A DNA stretch of 64,000 nt from Eubacteriales bacterium (GCA_045657225.1 JAZOSR010000035.1:20953-84952), one strand, 5' to 3'; shown: positions 22,083 through 30,797, numbered from the stretch's first letter. Notes: generated by a model from the letters alone, not told the origin. A program made the numbers and translations.

Positions 22083-22568
22083 TTATTCAATTACCGTAAA
22101 GTAAATAAATTTTAACGCCGCGCTATTGAAGCTACCCGTATATTCCATCAGCACAATCGCATATCTACCGGGCGTAAACGTCGGATCGCCACTACCTTCA
22201 TAATTGCTTTCCATATGATCAAACACATTGGTTGCATTGCCGGAACCTGCCCCAAGCAACGTTTCACTCTCGCCATCGCGCAAAGCGCCAACACGCCAAT
22301 AAGCCATACGGTCGGTGAACTCTCCATCACGGTAAACCATTACACGATCAAGCGGATTGAACGTTGTTACGGTAACCAAAATTGGCTCTCCCTCTTTATA
22401 CACATCCTTACTGGTATAAATTGAACGTGTGCGAGGATTGGCCGACACGTTGATGATTGTGCCCTCATCCTTTTGTACGTTTTGCTGCTGCAGCATTTTA
22501 CCTGCCACTAACGTGCCGCCAAACGACAACAGAAGCACAAGAACACACAAGACTATGCGCTTCCACAT
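22083..22568 (-). CDS. hypothetical signal-anchored/secreted 161-aa protein
   Basis: N-terminal hydrophobic segment IVLCVLVLLLSFGGTLVAG; beta-rich remainder. Confidence 0.75.
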   Translation of the reverse strand: MWKRIVLCVLVLLLSFGGTLVAGKMLQQQNVQKDEGTIINVSANPRTRSIYTSKDVYKEGEPILVTVTTFNPLDRVMVYRDGEFTDRMAYWRVGALRDGESETLLGAGSGNATNVFDHMESNYEGSGDPTFTPGRYAIVLMEYTGSFNSAALKFIYFTVIE

Positions 22569-22571
22569 AAT

Positions 22572-23135
22572 TTACTTCCAGAACTCTACCAAGTCCTCAA
22601 CGGAAGTACCTACGCAGAGAATGGGCTTAATTTTGACGTTATTCAGGCTGCAATCCTCAGCAAGAACAAGCTCAAGCTTCACGGTGATATCCTCGACCAG
22701 CTCGTCGCCGGGAATCACAACCGTAGAATTGTAACAGCTCTTTACCTCAGCGTCATTGTTGACGTTCGTCAGCTTCAAATACGCGGTGCCCTTAGAACCG
22801 TTCATGCCGGAATTAAAAACGTATGAAGTACCCTTTTTCAGCGTATACGTACCAATCGGAATGCTCGTTGCTTCCTCAGCCGTGCCGCTTACCTTGATGA
22901 TATTATCATCATCAATCGATACGGTCACACCGTTCTCTCCACCGGAAAGCACGCCGTCATCATCTGCAAAATTCATTGCCTGATACAGGTTGTCCTCGTT
23001 TACCTCGCGCAGCTGCCACTCGGTAGGATCCATGTTTTGGAAACCCTTGGAAAGATTACCGATCAGGATCAGACCGGTACAGGCAACCAGGACGATTGCC
23101 ACCATCGTTGCGATCATTTTTCTTTTTGCTCTCAT
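22572..23135 (-). CDS. hypothetical signal-anchored/secreted 187-aa protein
   Basis: SD AAGGAG; N-terminal MIATMVAIVLVACTGLILIG; beta-rich remainder. Confidence 0.75.
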   Translation of the reverse strand: MRAKRKMIATMVAIVLVACTGLILIGNLSKGFQNMDPTEWQLREVNEDNLYQAMNFADDDGVLSGGENGVTVSIDDDNIIKVSGTAEEATSIPIGTYTLKKGTSYVFNSGMNGSKGTAYLKLTNVNNDAEVKSCYNSTVVIPGDELVEDITVKLELVLAEDCSLNNVKIKPILCVGTSVEDLVEFWK

Positions 23136-23261
23136 TTTTTGTTTTCTCCTTTTTTGTTAAAATTTGATTTTTTATACGCCCATCGGGCTACTTGAAACGC
23201 CGGGAAAATACTTGAATTTTTCGCCCTGCTTGCGGGCGGTGCATCATGTTCACCTTCCTTC

Positions 23262-23293
23262 AATGAAAAATGGGTGGGGACGTATCCCCACCC
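23262..23293 (-). terminator. intrinsic terminator after the 101-aa gene
   Basis: Minus strand GGGTGGGGA-TACG-TCCCCACCC followed by ATTTTTCATT. Confidence 0.7.
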
Positions 23294-23372
23294 AAGTTCA
23301 ATGCGCTGTGGGGCAGCGCTATTGACAGATCAGATACACAACCGCCCCCACTGCAATTGTGCTTTTCGGATA

Positions 23373-23678
23373 TCACGCCGACTTTACGGGCTCGATCTTG
23401 ATATCCATCTTTGCCTTGCCGATCACACGAACCTCGCAAAGCGTGGCAACCGTACGGGTGCCGAACTGCTCGATCAGATACTCGAAATCACAGTAATCGC
23501 CGATCATGATATTGGAAATATCAAAACGGACGAAAACCGCTTCCACCTTCTGACCCTGCTCGCCGTCTGCCTGCTGCGCGGGCTTGTCCCAAAGCACGTG
23601 CAACGTGCGTGACATCTTTTGCTCGCCGTCCTTTTCGTAAGAACGCTCCTGCTTGCCTACAATAATCCCTTTTCTCAT
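23373..23678 (-). CDS. hypothetical 101-aa protein
   Basis: SD AAGAGGT; no family recognised (a single-stranded-DNA-binding role would fit the context but is unsupported). Confidence 0.7.
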   Translation of the reverse strand: MRKGIIVGKQERSYEKDGEQKMSRTLHVLWDKPAQQADGEQGQKVEAVFVRFDISNIMIGDYCDFEYLIEQFGTRTVATLCEVRVIGKAKMDIKIEPVKSA

Positions 23679-23718
23679 TTTCTTTACCTCTTTTCTTTAT
23701 GTATTTTTTTAGGGAATA

Positions 23719-25149
23719 CTAAAATGAATTATCGACACACTCAAAACAAGCAATTTTCGAACCATCACGAAAGTAAGCTCTAATCACAAAAATTTCCGTG
23801 CCGTTTATTACAGCGTCAGGCGCAATTAATTCACCATTCTCGTAACGAAATGTTGTACCATTTTCCAGAAGAACTTTATAGTAAAGCAAAACATCAAAAC
23901 GATTTCCGCCATTATCATAAATTTCATCAGTAAGCGTATTCATTACGACAAACCGTACCGCAACATTTAAACGCTGCCCAGGTATCATCACAGTAAACGG
24001 ACGATCAAGAAGCTCTTGATTAGATACTATATCTACAATTTGATGCTTGTATATTAATCGCTTGTTAAGTAACGATTCCAAGACACTTTCATCTGCATTT
24101 TCATAACCGTTAAAAATGCCTGCAGTAATATTTGCACTGACCATTAAAGCCCTATTGCATTCATCCAAAGCAATTTCACTATAGGAATTGCCACTTATTG
24201 TACTACCTGTATATAATGCCTTAGAACAAACATACGCATAAGAGGAAGCGTATGTCAAAAAGCTTTCTCCATACGGAACAAAAGCATATTGACGAACGGA
24301 TTTTTCCCCAAATTCCGCATAAGGAATTGCAACTATCACACGATTCGTATTTAACATTTTAATTCGTATCAAATAAGTGCGAAGCAACATTTCATTTAAG
24401 CCTTGTTCTTCACTGCAATTTAAGATCTCGTAATTACGACCTAATGTTAACTCTTCATTTTTAGAAAACTCCACAACCCAATCGACCACGGCAGTCATCG
24501 AACTTATTTTTTGCACCTCATCAATAGGAGCCAATAACATCTTAAACACACCACCTGCAGATACTACGTTTTGATAAAAAGTAGTATCTACATGCGCCAG
24601 AAATTTAATGCCGCCGTATTCTCCCATAGAAGCTTCGTTATAAGCAAATTCAGACGGCATCAAATAAAAGTCATTACTTGTATATGGCACAACATCCTTA
24701 TCCGCTGTAGGCGAAGAAATAGGATTAACCTTTATTTTACAGTTGGCTTCCATACCATCATAACGAAGTGTAACAATAGCCTCTCCGACTCCCACACCTT
24801 TTACGATAAAACCGTTTGCAACAGGACCGGATTCACCAATCGTTATATTTTGTTCAACAAAAACTATATCAGAGGCAGAAGATTCATATTCCCAAGGTAA
24901 TGTAACGTCCTTATGCGTCAGTTGAACGTCTATCAACCAGCTCTCTCCCAAAGTCAATTGCTTTTCCGTAGTTTGAATGACAAGCTTCGAATTAATGCTT
25001 ACCGAGCCCTGCAAATCCACAACAGAATTCTCCCGATGCATCATATATTCTTTAAGACTTTGAATCAAATTAACGGCTAAAATAATCAAAAAAACAAGTA
25101 AAACAGCCGTTACTAACAAAACAACAATTTTTTTTCGCTTTGCACTCAT
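23719..25149 (-). CDS. membrane-anchored protein with Ig-like (Big_2-type) domain
   Basis: Start set to MSAKRKKIVVLLVTAVLLVFLIILAV, whose ATG overlaps the Rep stop (ATGA). Segment DIVFVEQNITIGESGPVANGFIVKGVGVGEAIVTLRYDGMEANCKIKV resembles bacterial Ig-like group 2 domains. Confidence 0.8.
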   Translation of the reverse strand: MSAKRKKIVVLLVTAVLLVFLIILAVNLIQSLKEYMMHRENSVVDLQGSVSINSKLVIQTTEKQLTLGESWLIDVQLTHKDVTLPWEYESSASDIVFVEQNITIGESGPVANGFIVKGVGVGEAIVTLRYDGMEANCKIKVNPISSPTADKDVVPYTSNDFYLMPSEFAYNEASMGEYGGIKFLAHVDTTFYQNVVSAGGVFKMLLAPIDEVQKISSMTAVVDWVVEFSKNEELTLGRNYEILNCSEEQGLNEMLLRTYLIRIKMLNTNRVIVAIPYAEFGEKSVRQYAFVPYGESFLTYASSYAYVCSKALYTGSTISGNSYSEIALDECNRALMVSANITAGIFNGYENADESVLESLLNKRLIYKHQIVDIVSNQELLDRPFTVMIPGQRLNVAVRFVVMNTLTDEIYDNGGNRFDVLLYYKVLLENGTTFRYENGELIAPDAVINGTEIFVIRAYFRDGSKIACFECVDNSF

Positions 25150-26414
25150 TTTTTGTTTTTTCCTTTGCACTTGTAACAAATTCCAAAATTACTATCCGAT
25201 TCTACATGATCGAAAGCATGTATCGGCTTTACTTCCTGGCACTTTGCGCACAAAATTTGCTGCACACCGTTCCATATTTGAGGGCCCGGACGAGAGAACA
25301 CCGTAAACCACGGGGAGCGCTCCTCGTTTTGCTTCTGATCATTCAGCCATTCAAGCGCAATGTCCGTTTCGTTGCTCTCGCAATACTCGCGGATCATATC
25401 CGCATCAAGCTTGTCCTCATACTTGCCATGCTGGTGTATCAGATCTATGTATTTTGACGTCTGCTCGATCTGTCTTGCTTGTATCAGCTCGAAAAATTTT
25501 GTCGGGCCTAATATGGTAATTGCCGCATCAATGGCGTTACCGGCATTATTTTGCACAAAATTGACCATACGCTCCAGGTTATAGCCCTTGCCGGGCTTAC
25601 GGTACAAGGAAAGCTTTTCGGCATCCTGCAAAAACGCTTGCCAATACGGAAAACGGTGCCAAACCATTTTCTTGGGGTTGCCGCGCGCGGCGACCTCGTA
25701 ACCGTAATCAAGATAGTTTTCCATCACCCCACGGAACGCTTGTCCGAGCGTCAGCGGCGCCTCGATCTGTGTCACAGGGTCCTTGCCTATGAGGTACTTA
25801 ACAAACTCAAGCGCGCGATCGTCGCGCAGCTGCAGCTCGCAACGTACCCAGTGGGGAATGCTCTCCTTCACCTTTTCACGGTCCTCACGGCCGCGCATTT
25901 TGGAAATGCGCTCCTGCAGCTTATCGTAGATACGCACCAACAGCAACGACTTGGGTGATCCTATATCACACGACAAGCCGTTTGTGGATTCTATCACCTG
26001 GGCATAATCGGTTTTGGCTTTATATTTGTGGTTGCGCGGGCGCGTATCATCGCAAATGCGCTCAATATCCAAAACGCCGGTAAAATCATCGTAAGCAATA
26101 TCAAGACGTGTCAACTTCATAGCATTTTCGGGCTTCATTAAAGCCGCGAAAATCACGTCGTAGCTCTTATGGCTGGATTCACTTTCAAATGTGCGGCAGC
26201 CTTGACCCGAAAACTCACACCAAACGTTGTCTTGTGTGCCTCCATAATGTATGGAGATAGACCCATTATAGAAACGAGCACCATATCCGCGCACTCCTCG
26301 GTCGATCAATTGCCACCCTGAAGTAATCCCGATCAATTCCATCATATCCTCGGGGGTCATGGTCTTGCTCGTAATCGAAAGCCAGTCAATAAGAATACCG
26401 TTCTTATACTCCAT
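25146..26414 (-). CDS. rolling-circle replication initiator, Rep_trans family (PF02486-like), with C-terminal zinc ribbon
   Basis: 422 aa; IDWLSIT, RLDIAYD, IGSPKSLLLVRIYDK, VRCELQLRD motifs in the order typical of Rep_trans initiators/relaxases; C-terminal CAKC...CYKC. Confidence 0.9.
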   Translation of the reverse strand: MEYKNGILIDWLSITSKTMTPEDMMELIGITSGWQLIDRGVRGYGARFYNGSISIHYGGTQDNVWCEFSGQGCRTFESESSHKSYDVIFAALMKPENAMKLTRLDIAYDDFTGVLDIERICDDTRPRNHKYKAKTDYAQVIESTNGLSCDIGSPKSLLLVRIYDKLQERISKMRGREDREKVKESIPHWVRCELQLRDDRALEFVKYLIGKDPVTQIEAPLTLGQAFRGVMENYLDYGYEVAARGNPKKMVWHRFPYWQAFLQDAEKLSLYRKPGKGYNLERMVNFVQNNAGNAIDAAITILGPTKFFELIQARQIEQTSKYIDLIHQHGKYEDKLDADMIREYCESNETDIALEWLNDQKQNEERSPWFTVFSRPGPQIWNGVQQILCAKCQEVKPIHAFDHVESDSNFGICYKCKGKNKK

Positions 26415-26573
26415 TTTTCGCGGTACCCCCTACGACAGTGTTTTGAAGATCTGTACCCCCCTGTTAGCGGGGGGGCACCGCCCGCCCTCCGCCGCGCTTC
26501 GCGCGGCTTCGAGCGGGCATTTTTCGCCTCTCATTCGCTCCTTTGACTTTCTAAAATAGATTTTAACATTCAA

Positions 26574-26588
26574 ATTTTGTAGATATTT
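26574..26588 (+). repeat. right copy of 15-bp direct repeat ATTTTGTAGATATTT (candidate attR / element end)
   Basis: Exact match to 11799-11813. Confidence 0.8.
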
Positions 26589-26600
26589 TGCTAAAAGCTC

Positions 26601-26629
26601 TTGACAAAGAAATAAAAAAAAGTTAAAAT
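26601..26629 (+). promoter_or_regulatory. tig promoter TTGACA-17-TAAAAT
   Basis: TTGACA 26601-26606, 17-nt spacer, TAAAAT 26624-26629; SD GGAGGA and ATG 26667 downstream. Confidence 0.7.
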
Positions 26630-26666
26630 ATACTTTGTGAATTTTTCAACTCTTGGAGGACAAAAA

Positions 26667-28061
26667 ATGAAATTGGTAAAAGCTGAAAAAATTGAGGGTA
26701 GCAAATTTGAGCTTCACATCTCGATTGACAAGGCAACCTTTGACGAGGCAGTCAGCAAGGCTTATCAGAAGGAAAAGGGTAAGATCAGTGTTCCCGGCTT
26801 CCGTAAGGGCAAGGCTCCCCGTTCTATTATTGAGAAAATGTACGGCACCGGCGTGTTCTACGAAACCGCTATTAACGATCTCATTCCCGATGCTTATAAC
26901 GACGCTGTAAAAGAAGCGGGCATTTCTCCTGTTGCACAGCCTGACATTGACGTTGTTTCTCTTGACGACAACGGTCTTGTGCTCTCTGCTAAGGTATTTG
27001 TTAAGCCCGAGGTGAAGATCGCCGATTACTTTGGTCTTGCCGCTACCAAAAACGTAGCACCCGTTGAGGATGCAGAGGTTGAGAGCGAGATCAACACCGT
27101 GCGTGAGCGCAACTCCCGCGAAACCGAGGTAATGGGTCGCGCCGCAGAGCTTGGCGACACTGCTGTTATTGATTACGAGGGCTTTTGCGACGGTAAGGCA
27201 TTCGACGGCGGCAAGGGCGAGGATTACGCGCTGAAGCTTGGCTCCGGCACCTTTATTCCCGGCTTTGAGGATCAGATCGTCGGTCACAAGGTTGACGATG
27301 AGTTTGACGTTAACGTCACCTTCCCCACCGAGTATCACTCGGCAGAGCTTGCAGGCAAGGAAGCTGTCTTTAAGTGCAAGATCCATGCTCTCACTCACGT
27401 TGAGCTGCCCGAGCTTGATGACGATTTCGCAAAAGATATTTCCGAATTTGACACCTTTGCTGAATACAAGGCTGACTTGGCGGCAAAGATTGCAAAGAGA
27501 CATGAGGACACCGCTGATGCGGCTGTCAGCGAGCAGCTTGTTGACGCCCTTATCGAGAAGATGGAGGCAGAGATCCCCGCTCCCATGTTTGATGCAGAGG
27601 TAGAAAACTTCCTGCGCGATTACGACAACCGTCTGCGTATGTCCGGTCTTGACCTCAACACCTATATCAAGTACACCGGCATGACCCTTGAGAAGATGCG
27701 CGAGGAGTTCCGTCCCCAGGCAGAGCGTCAGGTAAAGGCTCGTCTTGCTCTTGAAAAGATCGCTGAGCTTGAGAACGTTGTTGCCGAGGAGGCTGACATT
27801 ACCGCCGAGATCGAGCGCATTGCCGCTGCTTACAATATGCCCGTTGACCAGGTCAAGGAAAGCCTTCCCACCGATGTGATCGCTGAAGATATCAAGGTGA
27901 AGAAGACGATGGACCTTGTACGCGAAAAGGCAGTTGTAACGAGCGAGGCTCCCGCAAAGAAGCCCGCTGCAAAGAAAACCACCTCTACCGCTAAGAAGCC
28001 TGCCGCAAAGAAAACCACCGCAAAAAAGACGGCTGAAAAGGCTGAAGAGGAAAACGCATAA
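26667..28061 (+). CDS. tig: trigger factor, with Lys/Ala-rich C-terminal tail
   Basis: Start moved to MKLVKAEKIEGSKFEL (SD GGAGGA). PPIase core GFRKGKAP ... FIPGFEDQIVGH; tig-clpP-clpX synteny. Confidence 0.95.
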   Translation: MKLVKAEKIEGSKFELHISIDKATFDEAVSKAYQKEKGKISVPGFRKGKAPRSIIEKMYGTGVFYETAINDLIPDAYNDAVKEAGISPVAQPDIDVVSLDDNGLVLSAKVFVKPEVKIADYFGLAATKNVAPVEDAEVESEINTVRERNSRETEVMGRAAELGDTAVIDYEGFCDGKAFDGGKGEDYALKLGSGTFIPGFEDQIVGHKVDDEFDVNVTFPTEYHSAELAGKEAVFKCKIHALTHVELPELDDDFAKDISEFDTFAEYKADLAAKIAKRHEDTADAAVSEQLVDALIEKMEAEIPAPMFDAEVENFLRDYDNRLRMSGLDLNTYIKYTGMTLEKMREEFRPQAERQVKARLALEKIAELENVVAEEADITAEIERIAAAYNMPVDQVKESLPTDVIAEDIKVKKTMDLVREKAVVTSEAPAKKPAAKKTTSTAKKPAAKKTTAKKTAEKAEEENA

Positions 28062-28148
28062 TTAATACTGTTCATTGTAGCCGCGGCATCGTCGCGGCTA
28101 CAGCAATCTTAACATAAAAAATCGAAAAACGGAGGTTAGAGTTAAATT

Positions 28149-28754
28149 ATGATGGATTTTTTCCGTAAAGATGCACTTGTTCCCATGGTTGTGGAGCAGA
28201 CCGGTCGCGGTGAGCGTTCCTACGATATTTTCTCCCGTTTACTTAACGACCGCATTGTTTTTCTTTCCGATGAAGTAAACGACACCACCGCTTCTCTTGT
28301 GGTTGCGCAAATGCTTTTCCTTGAGGCACAGGATCCCGATAAGGATATCAGCTTTTATATCAATAGCCCCGGCGGCTCTGTTACCGCTGGCATGGCAATT
28401 TACGACACGATGAATTATATTAAATGTGACGTATCTACCATTTGTATTGGTATGGCGGCATCTATGGGTGCGTTTCTTCTCTCCTCCGGCACTAAGGGTA
28501 AGCGCTTTGCACTTCCCAACAGCGAGATCATGATCCACCAGCCCCTTGGCGGTGCACGCGGTCAAGCGTCCGATATTAAGATTCAAGCAGATCTGATTTT
28601 GAGAACGCGCGATACCCTCAACCGCATTCTTGCCGAAAATACCGGTAAGAGCATCGAGGAGATCGCACGCGATACCGACCGCGACAATTTCATGACCGCT
28701 GATCAAGCGCTTGCATACGGCTTGGTAGACAAGGTACTTGCAAAGCGCGCTTAA
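28149..28754 (+). CDS. clpP: ATP-dependent Clp protease proteolytic subunit
   Basis: [21 protein letters not shown] (Ser), MIHQP (His) motifs. Confidence 0.97.
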   Translation: MMDFFRKDALVPMVVEQTGRGERSYDIFSRLLNDRIVFLSDEVNDTTASLVVAQMLFLEAQDPDKDISFYINSPGGSVTAGMAIYDTMNYIKCDVSTICIGMAASMGAFLLSSGTKGKRFALPNSEIMIHQPLGGARGQASDIKIQADLILRTRDTLNRILAENTGKSIEEIARDTDRDNFMTADQALAYGLVDKVLAKRA

Positions 28755-28776
28755 AATACAATTTGTGAGGTAATTC

Positions 28777-30111
28777 ATGGCAAATTCAAGCTCCGGTAAG
28801 GGTAATAACGGGCACAGCATTCCCCACTGCTCCTTTTGTGGCAGAAACGAATCGCAAGCAATGCTCATCTCCTCCAATACAGGACTTTATATTTGTAATT
28901 ATTGCGTAGATGCTTGCATGGATATGATCGCCAAGAGTGAGGAGGAAGCGCTTGACGCTACTGCCTTTACCGCTGACAATCTTCCCCGCCCCACGCAGAT
29001 CAAGGCGGCGCTTGATGAATACGTCATCGGTCAAAACGAGGCAAAGATCGCGCTTTCCGTGGCGGTTTACAACCATTATAAGCGCGTTTTGTATGCCGAA
29101 AAATTCGAGCAACAGAAAAAGAGAAAGCGCAAAACGCAAGATGCTGTTGACGAAATTGACGAGGTCGAGCTTCAAAAAAGCAACGTGCTTTTGCTTGGAC
29201 CCACGGGTGTTGGAAAAACCTATCTCGCGCAAACGCTTGCCAAAACATTGCACGTGCCCTTTGCCATTGCCGATGCTACGACTCTGACAGAAGCCGGTTA
29301 CGTTGGTGAGGACGTTGAAAATATCCTTTTGCGCCTCATTCAAGCGGCAGATTACGATATTTCGCTCGCGGAGCGCGGCATTATTTATATTGACGAGATT
29401 GACAAGATCGCGCGCAAGAGCGAAAACCGCTCTATCACCCGCGATGTGTCGGGCGAGGGTGTGCAGCAAGCGCTCCTTAAAATTTTGGAGGGTACCGTTG
29501 CCAATGTGCCTCCGCAGGGCGGCAGAAAGCACCCGAATCAAGAATTCATTCGCATCAACACCAAGAATATTCTCTTTATTTGCGGCGGTGCGTTTGAGGG
29601 TCTTGATAAGCTGATCGAAAAGCGCAAGGGCAACCAAACCGTTGGCTTTGGCGGCGTGATCCTCAAAAAAGAAGAAAAGAAAAAGGCGGGGCTTTTCCAC
29701 GACGTTTTACCGCAGGATATCGTAAAATACGGCTTGATTCCCGAGCTTGTCGGTCGTGTACCCGTTATCGTTTCGCTTGATGAGCTTGACAAGAGCGCGC
29801 TTGTGCGCATTATCAGCGAGCCCAAAAATTCGCTTGTCCGTCAGTATCAAAAGCTCTTTGATCTTGACGGCGTGAAGCTGACCTTTGCCAAGGGCGCTAT
29901 GGAAGCGATCGCCGAGCTTGCGCTTGAGCGCAATACGGGCGCCCGCGGTCTTCGCGCCATTATGGAAAATCTGATGCTCTCCTCTATGTACGAAATTCCC
30001 GCACGCAAGGACGTTGCGGAGGTTCGTATTACCGCGAAATCGGTCAAAGGCAAGGAAGCGCCGCAATATATTTTGTTGCGTGACGCGCTGTCTGAACAAA
30101 AGGAAGCATAA
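28777..30111 (+). CDS. clpX: ATP-dependent Clp protease ATP-binding subunit ClpX
   Basis: N-terminal zinc finger CSFCGR...CNYC, Walker A GPTGVGKT, full-length ClpX. Confidence 0.97.
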   Translation: MANSSSGKGNNGHSIPHCSFCGRNESQAMLISSNTGLYICNYCVDACMDMIAKSEEEALDATAFTADNLPRPTQIKAALDEYVIGQNEAKIALSVAVYNHYKRVLYAEKFEQQKKRKRKTQDAVDEIDEVELQKSNVLLLGPTGVGKTYLAQTLAKTLHVPFAIADATTLTEAGYVGEDVENILLRLIQAADYDISLAERGIIYIDEIDKIARKSENRSITRDVSGEGVQQALLKILEGTVANVPPQGGRKHPNQEFIRINTKNILFICGGAFEGLDKLIEKRKGNQTVGFGGVILKKEEKKKAGLFHDVLPQDIVKYGLIPELVGRVPVIVSLDELDKSALVRIISEPKNSLVRQYQKLFDLDGVKLTFAKGAMEAIAELALERNTGARGLRAIMENLMLSSMYEIPARKDVAEVRITAKSVKGKEAPQYILLRDALSEQKEA

Positions 30112-30118
30112 AATGCAA

Positions 30119-30166
30119 AAGAACACCGTCGTTTTTTAAAAAAGCCGACGGTGTTCTTCTTTTTTC
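30119..30166 (+). terminator. Rho-independent terminator after clpX
   Basis: AAGAACACCGTCG ... CGACGGTGTTCTT 13-bp stem followed by a T-run. Confidence 0.85.
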
Positions 30167-30260
30167 TTGATTTTTCTTTCATTGTATGATATAATATATA
30201 TTGTTATTTTGGCATAAGCAAAGCCCCTGCCTCCATATAGTGCAAAGAGGGGGTGTTGTT

Positions 30261-30797
30261 ATGCATTTCTTTTTACCGACTAATGAGCAAAATGCACTGT
30301 CGCGGTTGTTTTTTCGTTATTTTTTGCTTTACGTATCTGCGTTACCCTTTGGTTTTTGGCTATCAAAGCAGCAATTTTTCGCTGCTGTTACGATTCCCTT
30401 GCCGTTTGCCGCGCTTTTGCCCGTAGTGTTCGCTACCTTGCTTGCATTCTTTACGTTAACAGGGCCTCTTATGGTTCTTTTGACCTTTCTTAAGGGATGC
30501 GTTGATTTTTTATTTTTGATTGATCTCATTTCCCTTGCGGGAAATGCCGAAATTAGCTTATTACATTTTAATATCGTATTGTTTTTAATTGGCGCGGGTA
30601 TTATCATTTATATTCTCGCCGCCGCAAATGCGCGTTTGTTTGCTTTTGAAAACACCTCTCGCGATCTTTCCTTGGTGCTTTCAAAACCCTTCTTTCGATA
30701 TCTCACACAAGCAGCCGTGTTTGTGACGATTGCCGCTTTTTTATATTATTTGTGGCAAAAATTATTGACGTTACTGCCGTTACTGCAACAGCTCTAA
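30261..30797 (+). CDS. hypothetical integral membrane protein
   Basis: Start moved to MHFFLPTNEQ (SD AGAGGGGG); 4-5 hydrophobic segments. Confidence 0.6.
   Translation: MHFFLPTNEQNALSRLFFRYFLLYVSALPFGFWLSKQQFFAAVTIPLPFAALLPVVFATLLAFFTLTGPLMVLLTFLKGCVDFLFLIDLISLAGNAEISLLHFNIVLFLIGAGIIIYILAAANARLFAFENTSRDLSLVLSKPFFRYLTQAAVFVTIAAFLYYLWQKLLTLLPLLQQL

Larger units (their letters stand above)
11799..26588. mobile_element. 14.8-kb integrated accessory element (IS30-type DDE transposase + Rep_trans rolling-circle initiator + membrane NTPase + secreted/anchored proteins); non-tailed prophage-like or minimal transfer element
   Basis: Bounded by the 15-bp direct repeat ATTTTGTAGATATTT; housekeeping genes on both flanks; internal genes mobile-element-like or unrecognised; mosaic base composition. 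Confidence 0.7.

Noticed and set aside
23136-23261. 18-codon ORF (MMHRPQAGRKIQVFSRRFK) with SD GAAGGAAGG between the 101-aa and 187-aa genes
   Set aside because: It is too short and there is no comparative support. It could be a leader peptide, but I cannot support it from this sequence alone.
26560-26600. XerCD/dif-type integration, as used by some filamentous phages
   Set aside because: The repeat core ATTTTGTAGATATTT does not resemble the dif consensus I remember (a central ...ATAATGTATATTATGT...-like palindrome), and the locus upstream of tig is not a terminus context.
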